Positions 49,970-64,000 of a DNA stretch of 64,000 nucleotides are shown piece by piece. The stretch is from Eremomyces bilateralis CBS 781.70 (lineage: Eukaryota): assembly GCA_010015585.1 (NCBI GenBank), contig ML975162.1; one strand, given 5' to 3'. Every line of letters starts with the position of its first letter. Positions within the stretch are counted from its first letter, which is position 1. The notes beneath the pieces were generated by a model. It was not told the origin of the DNA and ran no database searches. It saw only the letters and a program-made list of their open reading frames with translations. The position numbers and the translations under genes were made by a program.

Positions 49970-50141
49970 ATACTGATCAAGGGACAAAGCCGACGAACAT
50001 CATCACTTTAGAGGTCGCCATTCACTTGGAAATAAAAGAGTGCTACAAGCACGTTCAATTCTTCCTTCACTATATAATACCATGATGATAATTTTAACAT
50101 CTTTGATGCCCATCCTTCCTGACCGGTCATTCGCCCAACCC

Positions 50142-51379
50142 TTAGCCAAACTTCTCTATCCACCGGGATTTGTACGTCCCATACGGACTGTAGAGGAAGA
50201 GGTAATAAGAAAGCAACGTTCCAAAGTTTCCCACAAATATCAAAATAGGAAAGAATAATTGGAATAAGAACTTTTCGCTGCGAATCTTTCCTGCCTGATC
50301 CAAAGCAAAAATAGGCGCCAGAAGCACTGAAATACATAGGAAGAGGAGCACTGTGTATTTCAGGACCAAACATATTTTCAGGAATGGGAGCATTTGCTAG
50401 GCATAGTTGTTGCTTAAGAAGGCGGTACCTTTAGCAATGGTGACGGGGACACCGAAGACCATGCCTATTAAAATTAACGTGGCAGCGCAAACAGAGAACA
50501 CAGAGAACACAGCTTGCAAAGCCGTATCGGTCCGTAGGTCGTAATGTTCCATATTATGGACTCTCCTGTCAACAAACTTAGAGAAAAGGATCATAAATGA
50601 AAAGCACCCTCCTAGACCTAGTAGAAAGAAGGACGTGAATCCTCCCCCGCTCTTTAGCTGGTCTTCTCTCTCCGACGTTGTGCGTTGCTCAGCGATGATG
50701 GACGTGTCAGGGACCATGGCAGACATTAGACCTATCCGAGATAACTCCTGGAGGACAAAGACGGCGGCGAAAAAGAAATATTCGACTATACGCATCCTTC
50801 TCTTCGCTTCGGCAACGTTCTGCGCTAAAGGAGGGTCGGTCGCGGCCGTCGAAGATACTATCCGGAGTGCGTCTGGAACCATGAACGAAATCAGGTAGAT
50901 CCCAAGGAAGGTTTGAGTGAGCGGTATCCCGGTATATCCAAAGACTTTGATAGTCTGCGTAAGGTTCGTAGTGATGAACGCGCCTAAACCAACACCCCAG
51001 AAGGTATTGATCCTCGTGGCGCTGAGCCTCTCATCTTCTAAGAACCGGTCATGCCAAACATGCCTGGCTCCCAGCCTGCGGCCGACAACTCGCACACATC
51101 AGCCAGGTCCACTGTACAAGTATCCATATTGAGTCAACAGCACATATCAAAGGAGATATTCGGAGGCCAATTTGGGTATACGTATGGGGGTTCTGGCGAT
51201 GACCCCCGAGTTTTGAATCAGGACCAGGGCTGCAGCGGCTACAACGGCAAAGAAGGCAGTTTGCCATGACACTTGTTGTGAATCAGTTGGAGCGGTTGGC
51301 AGATTGGTTAGAATGGTTGAAAGACCTCTGCTCTTACCTTGAACTTACGAGGTAGTCGTGGCGCTAGGGGAAGAGCCAT
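50142..51379 (-). pseudogene. Disrupted multi-pass membrane protein gene of unknown function
   Basis: VSWQTAFFAVVAAAALVLIQNSG (frame A), then LRISPLICAVDSIWIL (frame B), then QTIKVFGYTGIPLTQTFLGIYLISF (frame A). In-frame TAG at 50399-50397 precedes a further hydrophobic ORF. 5' end uncertain. Confidence 0.65.
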
Positions 51380-52930
51380 CGTGTCTGGACTTGATATTAA
51401 GGCAACATTGGAGAGAACGGTAAATTGGAACATAATTACTAAGCGCAAGAACTCGGAGTCTTTGAAAGACGATTGTTGAATTGGAAATTGGTAGAAGTAC
51501 TGGCGTCATGAAGGAGAAACCCGTAGCAATGCTCGCGTGCAGGACTTCCTAGCCGCCAACAGTCCAATTTGAACAACCAACGGAAACTTGAATGTATGCA
51601 CTGGAGGCGTAGCACTACGATGACTAACTTACTGGCTTGTCGCATTCGTTGCATTAGAGACTTTCGTTTTCAAATACTGTACTTTCGCTCCTGGTACGTA
51701 TCCCCTGGATGATGGATGACGAAATCTAACACTGGCGTTCAAGTGCACGCGAACACTTGACCAGGCGTGTTCAAGAACGAGAGGACAAAACAGCCTAAGT
51801 GTTCGCCGTACGCATTCTCGCACGACGATGTTCCTTGGTTGTAGAAACCCAAGAGTGGTGGAATGATGATCCAACTCCATTTACGGCACGGCATCTTGGC
51901 CAAGATTGCCACTAAAGCCTACGGGCGCATGATATATCTTTATAAGTCTGCCTGACCTCTGACGTTCTCCTCTCTCCAAGAACAGGAAAGCAGTGTCCCG
52001 GGGCAGCGGGTTCCAGTGCTACTGTATCGCATCCCCTCGATGAGGCATATAGCGGATGCGACTGCCACTGCATCTGGAATTCTTGGAATTCTTCACACAT
52101 GTGCTTGGTTTCCCGGACATGATAGGTGGTGGCATCCAGAGAGGCAGGTGATTCTCTTGGACACATACTGACCTGCTGCATTGGCCGATGGAGTGATCAA
52201 ATCATCCAAGGCCTCGGAGGGGGCGCAGCACGGCGGAACATGACTTCCAAGAAACATTTGCGATGGAGGAGCGGAGCCGTGTTCGTTGGGAACGGGGACA
52301 TGTCCGCCTTTGTCTCAGTGCGACGGAAGGAATTTTTCAATCAACACCCAATGCAGTCCGGCCTGGGCCAGATGAATAAAGGAGTTGCCGTGGCCAACCG
52401 CGGACATGGACGTTGTTGAGGCGAAGGGAGAGAGATTTCCGCAGCAAATGGAGTCGACGCGGCGAAAAGCGTGAGAGAGAGGGCTGTGCAGTTGAAGAAA
52501 ACAGAGGAAAAGCGCAGATTGCCGAAATCTGGGTTGGATCTGGCCACTCCTTGAGACTCGGATAAGGGTTAGTTTAACTGTCACCAGCTGCAGTGACCAG
52601 ATTAGTTCCAAGCCGGAGAGCGGCACTGACGCATCTCACTCTCTGTCATAACATCATCCTTGTCCCTCCGCAGCAATTACATCAATCCATCCATGCACCA
52701 TTTATTGATACGTACGAAGACCACTGTTCACTGTGTTCATTGTGTTCACTTTTTACACATTTAAGACCTCGTCCCCTCTCACGATACCTGCATCCACACA
52801 CTTCAAAAACAATACAAACGTGGTTGTCCACCTACTGGTTACTCACCAAGAACATCCCGAACCATTCCACGCCAACATAACTTACCTTTGTTCACCAAAC
52901 CCGTCGGCATCATCCATCCACGACTTCAAG

Positions 52931-53838
52931 ATGTCGTCAACAGAAGCCACCCCAGACCTCTCACGGTCGTCCTCCAGTTCATCCACAAGAGAGAGGAACA
53001 AACGGCAACTCTCTCTTGACCTCTCGGACCTCCCTCAACTGTCCCAGCCTTCACAACCGACTAACACCCTCATCATCACAGTAGGTCAACTCCGCCTCTC
53101 CCCACAGACGATTGATAGTTTGATACTAACCTCCCCCAGAACCTCAACGACCCGTCAATATTCTCCCCCGACTCCCTCGGCGTCATCCACGCCATGATCT
53201 CCCAATGGCACCCCATCCACACCTTTAGCCCCCTCAAATCCTTCCGCCGCCTCCTCGTCTCCTTCCGCGACCCCGCTGCCTCCGCCGCCGTCCGCGCCGC
53301 GCTCGACGGCGGCGTCCTCCTCGGCTCCCCTATCCGCGTCTACTTCGGCACCCACACCCCCGTCGACGTCGACCCTGCCACCCTGCACCTGCGCGCCCCC
53401 AAAGCCGACCGGCTGTTCTTCATCTCCCCACCCCCCTCGCCCCCTGCTGGCTGGGCGATGAAGAACGAGGATCCGCCGAATAAGGAGGTACATGCACATG
53501 ATCTGTCGGTCGCGTTGGAAAGGCTGCATGATGCGACGACGGATCGGTACGCGGAGTTAGAGTCGTCGCCGGTGCAGGAGGACGAGAAGTCGCCAGTGAC
53601 GAATGCGAAGAACGGGGAGGGCAGGTCGCGGGGCTCGACCGTCGTGTATCGCCCGGAGGACCATGGGAACAGCCCGAATCTGCCGGCGATCGAGGTCGAG
53701 GATACGGGGATTGGGGAGGTGAAGAGCCCGGAGGGGCTGAGTCCGATTGGGAGCGGGTTCCCGAAGGAGATCGACGAGGTGGATCGGAAATATATCTTGC
53801 ACACGTCAAGACCGCCGGTGGAGTTGGGGGAGGAGTAG
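52931..53838 (+). CDS. RCN1: Calcipressin / regulator of calcineurin
   Basis: PTNTLIIT|NLND, FSPLKSFRRLLVSF, FFISPPPSPPAGW, PxIxIT-like PAIEVE, C-terminal HTSRPP. Intron 53081-53139. Confidence 0.95.
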
Positions 53839-54271
53839 GGGATATGGGTTTCGGCGGTCCAGTGGTGCTGGATAGCGGTTAGGCGTTCGGTGTGGCTTTG
53901 AATGATGCAGGGTAGCATCCGATCCTAAATATTCCTCATGGCTCGCGCGCTTTCACTCGCGAGTTTGGCGCCATGGAGGCGAGCCAAACGCATGGATTAT
54001 CATAGTCCTACTTGTAACTATTATCACTCCTATTATTCATCAAGAACATTCAGATTTGAATCCTCGCGACACCATCCTGATGACTTGATTGCTATATTAA
54101 TTCCCTGATATATATAGTTTGGGGCTGCTGCACTGTGTTTATATAAAATATTTCTGCTCCCGGGGTCTGAACAGAAAGCCCCAGTTCATGCAATTGTTGA
54201 GATGAAGACGCGCCCACCAATAACAATTGTTCGAAGCGATCCAAACCAAAAGAACAACATCGTGCAAGAAA

Positions 54272-57080
54272 TCAGTCACAGTAAGCCTGCGCCCACCCCA
54301 GCGTCAACGCCGCAATGGTACTCACCCAAGCCGCCACCCCAAACGCCCCTTGCAGATCTCCCTTGCTTCTCACCGTCCACGTCACCGCAAAAACCAGACT
54401 CCCCAGCACGAACAACACGACCAGCATGCCCCAGACCCGCAGCGGCAGATATCCTTCCACCAGGGCGATCCCCCAGCCCACTCCGACGTCCAGCCGCCCG
54501 CGCCGCTTCGGCGTGCGGAGGTACGCGATCAGCTCGCCGTCGTAGTCGGATGGATGTCGGAGGAGATGCATGAGGTAGTGCGAGCCGACCGGCGGGATGA
54601 GGTCTGTGGTCTCGAATTCGTAGGACGGGTCCATCGCCGTCGCGCACCCCTGATATGACGCGGATGACAGCGGCTCAGCCACGGCGGGTTGGTCACGGGA
54701 CGCCAGAGGTGGCGCCGGGGGCACGTCGGGCACTTTCCGGATATCGGCGAAGCGGTTACGGTGGAGTTCAAACTGGACGAAGTGGATGGAGGATAGACCA
54801 CGGAGTTTGAGGGCCTTGGGCCAGCGGTGGTGGAGGCGAGCGTAGTGGTCGCGGAGTGCGAGAGCGAGGTCGCGGTCGGAGCGGATGAGGGCAGGGTGCA
54901 CGTCGAGGTGGGTGACTTTGGGGGTCCATTTGCCTTCATTGGCGCAGGTGAGGAGCCAGAGGGGGGTGGTGGGGGGGTAGGGAAGGTAGCGGGGGCGACG
55001 GTTAGAGGAGAGGTTGGGTTTGGGGCGGTTGGAGGTGGGGGTGTTCAGATTGGATGGGAATGACGAGAGCGATCCGATGGAGGTCGCGGATGATGGGACG
55101 CTGTTGAAGGCTGAGGACGACGCGGAAATCGGGCTAGAACTATTTGAGCTACCGGGGCTTGCTTGACTGGTGTGCGAGGTCGTGGGCAGAGTGCGTGTGC
55201 CAATGCTCTTGAGTTTCGCCTCCAGTTCGGCGGCAGCACCGGGACGAACTTCGATAAAGTCGTCATAAAGCTCTTCGCCGCATTTCTATCCTCCAGGGTC
55301 AGACATGCGAGATTATTTGACTTTGAACACTTACACAAGTCCATCGAATACGGACCTGCCCGGGAGTCACGGGCTTTTCAACGCCAAGGTACTCTTGTAG
55401 TAAGTCAGACGTTTCAGACACAGTCGCCGAAAGTGACGATACGGTGGCAGCAAGAAGCGCTTTCCATGGATTGATCGCCTTATAATTTTCATGAGGCACC
55501 ACGTCCACGCGAGATTCAGTCCCGGATTCGTCGCCAGCTCCACTAGCGGACTCCTCTCGACCAGCTGGATCTGGCGGGTTCACCAAATTCCCCCAAGACA
55601 CCTTCTTCTTGACTTTCCTGTCCCCTAGTGGCCGGTCTGTGGGAAGAAATGGCTCATCCAGCGCCAGCGGTGGAGATGATTCCGGCCTTTCGAGACTGCT
55701 TTTCCGAGCCGGTGCAACAGTGCGGGAAACACTCGAAGGATCCAAATCCTGTAGGGCATTCTCCGGGATACTTCGTTCAACCGCATCGGTGGAGTGGGGT
55801 GTGTTCTTCGATGCCCTGCACGATACATCAAGACGGGTGAGCTGCTCAAGGAAGTACTTTTGCGTAGGAGTACTTGGGGGAGGTGGTGGGGACATCCGTC
55901 CGTCGATCAGACCCGGTTCTTCAAGGTTACATTCTGCGACCTCATCTTGGCCGCAAGGGGATATCGGATCCACGCAACCATTGGGGTGCCTCGAGACCTG
56001 CGGGCCGGTCGATGCAGTAAGTGAGCTGCTCTGTAATTCGGCGTGTACGGGCGAGACAACATGCGTTTCGCCTTCGTCACATCCCTCCTGCTCTGAATGT
56101 CGAAAAGGACGGAAATCATTTTGTGTGCTTGGTGTATCCATGCGATTGCAAGGAAGAACCTTCGACGAGCTACCACTTGATATCGATAGGCCAGCTGCTT
56201 TCTCGTCTTCCACCCAGGCAAAGGCTGCCCCATCATCCGCAACGCTATACAGAGGTGGATCGTCGCGTGGACACCCAGCCAAGGTCCAGTTACTCAGAGC
56301 GAGAATGGATTCCTTGATCGGCCACGCCTGCTCAAACTTGGAGATGGTCGCGTGTGATTCCGGACTCTGTCGTTGGCAGATGGCATGGATCACATCTTCA
56401 ATGCTTTGTCGGGTAATATAGGAAGCGGGTAACGAACCCGGAGCCTCCGAGATGATATCTGCCGAACTGAGCTCCGCTGGGAGATTGCACTCAATAGGTG
56501 TGCCGTCGATTTCCTGCGCCTCGGTAGGAAGGGACCAATCATTCCGATGTTGGACATCTTCGTTCCCTGTCGCTATAGTCATGTCTGGCTTCTGTTCCTC
56601 TCCGGTGCGTTCTCCCTTGGAATACTTGCGTGAACCACGAGTCCGAGTCGACTTCTTAATCAACCAAAGAATGGATTTCTTCCCCCACAAGCCAGACTTT
56701 GGGAAATCGGGAAGGGCTATGGATTCACCCTGGGTATCCATAACTTCTCCTTCGGATGGGATTCCGGATACATTCACATCCATTTCTGAGATCATTTTAT
56801 TGGCTGGATGATGGCCGTGGATAGGTTGAGATAGTATGCTCGGCGTCCGGGCTAGAGAATCATGGCCATCCTGGCGCTCTCGATAGACTGGAGGTGGTGT
56901 AGATGGACAGAAAGGAGACAAGTCGTGCTCCTGGTCACCAGAACTAGCATCCCATCCATCTCTCGATCCCCTTCTCAGAAAGGCCACACTCTGATGGGCA
57001 AGCATGGCAGGAGACACGGCTACTATCCAATGGGATATTTGGGGATTGATAAAACGAATTCGCGGGACAATGTCTCTCAA
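54272..57080 (-). CDS. Hypothetical protein with long disordered N-terminus, RWTCxCG motif and C-terminal domain with two TM helices
   Basis: An intron at ~55334-55288 gives VRIRWTC|KCGEELYDDFIEVRPGAA. The frame stays open through IHFVQFEL, LIPPVGSHYLMH, GWGIALVEG and two hydrophobic helices. The 5' end is unresolved and may include more exons up to ~57300. Confidence 0.75.
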
Positions 57081-58185
57081 CCTATTGATTTGAACTCACA
57101 GTATTGGCTGGTTCACTGACCGGAGGACATAGCCATGACCAATCCGAATTCTGGATAAGATACACTAACAATAGGCAAACATAGGACGTAAAGAAGATAG
57201 GAACTTAGGACTTTGTCGAAACAGACAACGTCAACGCATAAGGCTGGAAACCAGACAGATATATGGCAAGGCAGCAGTGTGGCAGTGCCCTCGGGAGCCA
57301 TCTAGGAGCTCTCCGGTCAGTACACAGTCGTTGTGCACAGTAGGACAGCCCCTCGCAAATGCCAATTCGACGAATGAAAGAGCTTGAGCAAGAAGAATTA
57401 TCCGGATGGGGCACCATATTGAAACGTTGAATGGCCAAGGACGCGTCAACGCTATCTCCATGGTAGTACCTCCGCATGGGGGGTTCGGAAGAGGCAGATG
57501 ACGACCACCGGGAGCATACGAAGCTGAAACAGAGACGCAGAAGGAAACAAAACATATTTTACTAGCATTTACAAGGAGGAGAAGCGATGAAAGAACGGAT
57601 ATTCACCATGAGCATCTCATCTCTCCGTGTTCGTACTTGACATCCATCATCGACAAGGGAGGCGTTGTTGAGAGTGCATGTTGCATTAGCTCCCTCAATC
57701 CCGAGTCACGCGACACGAGGTGCATTTCCATTGAAGTCAACGTCCCGGGGGAATATCGTATAATTTATGCGGTAGGTTGTGTAGAGGTAATGGGTTTATT
57801 AATGAATGGAGATGAAGAAATGGGGTGGGTGGCATCGATATGGATCTGGGGGAGAGAGGAGAGAGAGTGCTGGGTCGATGTCTCCTCCTCTCATCGCACA
57901 TGTCTTGAATCTTGATGACGGAGATGGTCTGGTCTAGCCCAGGAAGAATTGTTAATGCCGATCATCGGAGGCGAGAAACGCGAAATCAGTAAAACACCAA
58001 GAATTGAATCGGAATTGAACATTAAGGCAACAATTAAAGGCAACGAGGCTGCAAGATGACTAACTACACAGCACAGAAGTTCAGAACGGTGTGGGGTGCA
58101 GGACGGCATTTGAACGACAGCCCCGCTTACTGGCCGAAGCGTCCAATGTGAAGCCGCCAATTGCCCGCCTCCCATTGCCTGTTTA

Positions 58186-58191
58186 TGACTC
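58186..58191 (+). promoter_or_regulatory. TGACTC, Gcn4/CpcA-type element upstream of homocitrate synthase
   Basis: TGACTC lies ~135 bp before the ATG, with a related TGACTAA at 58057-58063. Consistent with cross-pathway control of lysine genes. Confidence 0.45.
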
Positions 58192-58323
58192 TCTCTTCCC
58201 AGTCATCGGTCTGAGGAAATTTCTGTACAAAATCTTCGACGAAACCACCACCTCCTCAACTATTATTCCTGAACTCCGCATTCGACTCATTGAACATACA
58301 TTCGACTCTCACCGACTTTCAAC

Positions 58324-60148
<1,825 letters not shown>

Positions 60149-60452
60149 TTGGATACCTTACAATCGCTTCGGAATCAAAAAGATATTTATTGTGCATAAG
60201 AGCCCGCCCATTCTTTCGGGTTGATCACAAAAGCTTCATCATTAAATGGGCTTCGGCGTTTCTACAGTTACAGCATTTTGATTTTCTAATGCTGCATATG
60301 ATCAATATAAACCGTCCATGAACATAACTATAGCTTTGTATATATGCTCAACCGCGTAACCCCATGTTGATAAGTTTCAGCCCCATAATATTGAAACCGC
60401 TAATTTACAGTATTCTGACGCGCTGTCTGATCGCCCTCCGCCATTCCGACAC

Positions 60453-61504
60453 TCAGAACACGAACGGAATCATCACCGACCTCTTCCGCTTATACTCCTT
60501 AAACTCCTTCCGATATCTCCGCTCCTTCTTCTGCGCCCACAGCCCCATCGTCGCCCCCGCCACCACTGCAAACACCACCGTCGTCCAGCTCCGATTCACC
60601 AGCGCCATCCCCAACCACGCCAGCAACTCGAACGTATAGTTCGGACACGTCACCGTCTCAAACAGCGGAAATCCCCGCGGGATCCCCCGCGTCGTCGTCC
60701 CCGCCGGCCGCAAATTCGACAGCTTCAAATGCGTCACCAGATTCAGCCCCTCCCCCACCGCGAACAGCGCTATCCCGGCGAGAGGCAGCGGATCCCAGAC
60801 GCTCGCGCCCGGCGCCGCGACCGCAGATATCGGGTTCGACACCGACGGCGAGTAGGTAAAGAACGCGACCAGCAGGCCCGAGAGCAGCCAGTAGTGCCCC
60901 GAGTTCTTCACGATGTTGCGTGCGGGCATCGTCGCGGCCGAGAAGCGGTGCACGGCGACGGTCTCCCACTCGCGCTTGAGGAAATGCAGGCACACCAGGG
61001 CGAGAGAGGCGGTTTGCAATTCGGAGGCGCGGACGCCGGCGGGCGCGAAGGGGGACGCGGGGGAGAGGCGGAGGGAGTAGAGGAGGGGATGGATGAGGAG
61101 AGGGCCGAGGTATTCGACGATGAAGACGGTGCGCCAGGCGATTTGGGGGCCGAGGTCTTTGACGTGGACGACGGAGCGGTCGCGAAGGCCGGTGGAGGCG
61201 AGGGTGGTGGTGGAGGAGTTGGGGAGGGGGGAGCCGTCGCTGCCTTTGGTGAGGCGGAGGCGGTGGGGGGTGTGGCCGGTGGACTTGGCGAGGGAGGTGT
61301 AGAGGGCGGCGGTAGGGGAGGAGATGGGGAGGGGAACGGAGTCGGGGAGGCGGGGGATGGGTTTGCCTGGGGATATTAGCATGAATCGCTGGTGAATGGG
61401 AGTGAGATGGGATATGGATGGAGTGGATGATATGGGATTCGGGGGTAGGGCCGCGACATACCGCGAGGGCGGGTGAGCACCGTAATTTCTCTATCTTCCG
61501 ACAT
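60453..61504 (-). CDS. TSC13: Very-long-chain enoyl-CoA reductase (steroid 5-alpha reductase family)
   Basis: MSEDREITVLTRPRG|KPI (intron 61461-61367); VKDLGPQIAWRTVFIVEYLGP, HFLKREWET..VHRFSAATMP, VTCPNYTFE, IPF. Confidence 0.95.
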
Positions 61505-62303
61505 TCTCAGAGACTTCGACTTAATCTACTGGGTCAACAAATCACTCGAGACTGTGGAGATGATGGCGTAGCTCAGGTATGGACGGGAAGAAAGTTTTGT
61601 TGAAGTTGAAGGGTTGTTTGATGGTGGAAGCAGGACCGCACCAAGTTTCCCTGCCATGTTTGATGTCTTGGTCACCATGCTAGAAGACATTGCTGTTATC
61701 TACCCTTCCATGTTAACGGTATACGAAAGCTCCGGCACCAATTATTGTCAGTTGAGACTTTATTCCTCCTTTCCATTTCCAAAAACTAATTGCCTCCTCA
61801 ATTGATAGCAGAGTTACCTCCATCACTAATTGTAGTGGTTATACGGATAGCCTGACGCAATTTGATGATGACGACTGGCTTCCTGTTGCAGTTGTGTTGC
61901 TGTTAAAGCGCCTCAGGCCGTCAGGCACCAATATCAAATTCAAATCAGTCTACCGCCGCATGTAGTGATGTAGTCGATCTGTCCCGTCAGTCGATAATCA
62001 TAAAGAGGCCAGAGAGTGAGAAAACTGGAAACCAGGCAAAGGGACGACCTTGCGCACTTGCCGACGGCCTCAAGTTTCATCACCATCATAGGTCCCCGGG
62101 TAGGCAACAATATACACCCTTGGATGTCTTTCAGTTTCAATAAAGCCATGACCAGCCACTCGGTTTCCCCATAATATGCTCGCATCAATAATGGCGTTCT
62201 CAGCTGATCGAAGATCTCCCCCTTGTCCCTCATCAACTATGCTTTTCAACACCGACTTTCCTTCTGGCTCCGGTTCAAACAGGCATCTGTATACCTGCAT
62301 TCT

Positions 62304-62350
62304 CAATGAGACCAATGAGACCAATGAAACCAATGAAACCAATGAGACCA
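62304..62350. repeat. 9-bp tandem repeat CAATGA(G/A)AC x5
   Basis: caatgagac caatgagac caatgaaac caatgaaac caatgagac seen directly. Confidence 0.9.
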
Positions 62351-63592
62351 TCTCATCACCGCCATGAAGTCCCCTTGGCCCTTCGTCAGCTTCGCCGGAC
62401 GAGGCCGTCAGATTCGCGGGGATACAGAATTACAGATACCCTCCCGCCAGAAAAGGCACTTCGTACTGCATTCTAAGTTGCAGTATCGTCCAACATGCCC
62501 GCATTCATGTTTACAGAGTACACATGATCGTCAAGTCCTCATTCGCCCAAGTCATGCTTCTTTCCAAGTACTGTAAGCTGTCATGATCAATCGTACATCT
62601 CAGACCTACCCTATCCGTCAGCCCGAAGCGTCCTATGAACACCATCGGCTCCATTCAGATCTAGAGTCCTGGAGAGGATTATCTCCACTCCACTTCACCT
62701 GCCTAATGGCCATCGCGGCATCGCCTCCTTACCCAGCTGGTATACCCCGCTAGCGGGGTGGTCCCCCAACCAGGTCACCGGCAACTCCAACAGCGTAATC
62801 CCCACGATGCTGATTCGCCCCTCATCCGAACGCCGGTGTGGCAGGCCAGCACCATCGCGAGTTGTGCGACCCTGCAGCGGCAGCCCCGTCAATGCATGTT
62901 CTTCCCTGCAGCCTACAGGAAACGGAAAGATTTATTCTTTCTGTTCTCGGATAGCCAGGGCAGCTCAGCCTCAGCTGGCAACCCTGGAATCCGGGAGCAT
63001 GAAGGCGTTTGAGGCGTCTTGTCTCGATCTCTCCGGGCATGGGGTGTGCTCGAGCGACAACAATGGGTCGATGACGGACTACGCTGCTGTATATAGCTTC
63101 TCGGTGAGCTCGAGGTGCGGTGTTCTTTTCTTGCTCCTGTTCAATCTCAAGAGCTATCGAATTCATCCTCCTTGTGTTCGGTTGCATTGTCCCAGCGCCT
63201 TCAAATTTCAGTTATTTTTGAGCAGTACCACTGTTACACTGCCTACCAGCGCTGTCTAATAGCGTCTCGCATTTTTGAATCAAGTAAAGTATTGAGTTAA
63301 GCACGCTTCGAGGCCAATTGCCTCGATTTTGAGTTCGCGAGCTTTATCAAGTGTTCGTGGGGTTGGAGACTGCTCGTCTAAGCACAAAAGTAGGAGGCAC
63401 GACAACTTCCGTGACAGTAGGTGCCTTTATTTCTCGGTATTTCATTGCTTCTGATAGTTGTGGAATTTGGCACATTGAGGAGCTCTATCATACAGGAATA
63501 AAGACTTTCTTCGTGCCATAATATCCACTTGGGCTCGGAGGTCGCTCCAATGGCTAATACATTCCAAGTCCCCATTGGGCGAAACCACCAAA

Positions 63593-64000
63593 ATGTCCGA
63601 CATCAAACCGCAAAATGAGCCGGTCGTCCCCAGCGACATCGAAAAGATCCGTTCCTCGATCGATACCAACTTCAAGAAATTTGCCGAGCTCATGAGCAAC
63701 ATCCGCAAGCCCGTCCCTGACCAGACCGGAAATGGATCGCACCTCAAGTTGCAGGACGATACGCCAGCGATCGTCAAGAAGGTGACGGATAATTTGTCGG
63801 ATCTGAGCCACCTTGGTATCCAGGATATCACCACACTCTTGGAGGCATTTTCGCACACCAAGAATGGAGAATTGGTGGACGACAAAAGCTACTTTATGGA
63901 GCGATTGATCCAGGTACCACCACCTCGTCTTCAGTGGTTGGAGTTGAACATTGATTCTGACTATGGAGGTAGTGCGCCGCAGACTTTCCCGATAACTCGA
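63593..64000 (+). CDS. 5' end of a fatty acid dioxygenase / psi-producing oxygenase (linoleate diol synthase, Ppo family), truncated by the window edge
   Basis: KPVPDQTGNGS..DLSHLGIQDITTLL..GELVDDKSYFMERLIQ matches the typical N-terminal region of Ppo enzymes. Intron ~63914-63973. Catalytic domains are outside the window. Confidence 0.8.
   Translation, partial: MSDIKPQNEPVVPSDIEKIRSSIDTNFKKFAELMSNIRKPVPDQTGNGSHLKLQDDTPAIVKKVTDNLSDLSHLGIQDITTLLEAFSHTKNGELVDDKSYFMERLIQVPPPRLQWLELNIDSDYGGSAPQTFPITR

Overview
This is eukaryotic DNA from a filamentous ascomycete (Pezizomycotina). Genes are dense, with short GT-AG introns and CTRAC branch points. It is mostly housekeeping genes: an FBXO21-like F-box gene, Sec14/CRAL-TRIO, POM152, ALG5, cytochrome c, pyruvate dehydrogenase kinase, a DDP1-like Nudix hydrolase, ATE1, PrpF, MGE1, RPB3, calcipressin, homocitrate synthase, TSC13 and the 5' end of a Ppo/linoleate diol synthase. 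Accessory material interrupts these: (i) the right end of a Fot1/pogo-like DNA transposon at the window start; (ii) an intact, stand-alone non-reducing PKS (SAT-KS-AT-PT-ACP-TE) with no tailoring genes beside it; (iii) a ~9 kb block between ALG5 and cytochrome c with a zinc-finger/Est1-type gene, a HET-domain gene and a possible small secreted peptide gene; (iv) a UIM-repeat gene whose C-terminal third, ending in a PPxY motif, lies beyond three in-frame stops; (v) a frameshifted membrane-protein pseudogene. Exon structures were derived by eye and family calls come from motif recognition; no searches were run. I found no clearly new multi-gene system. The best candidates are the orphan PKS, the Est1-like/HET block and the stop-interrupted UIM/PY gene.
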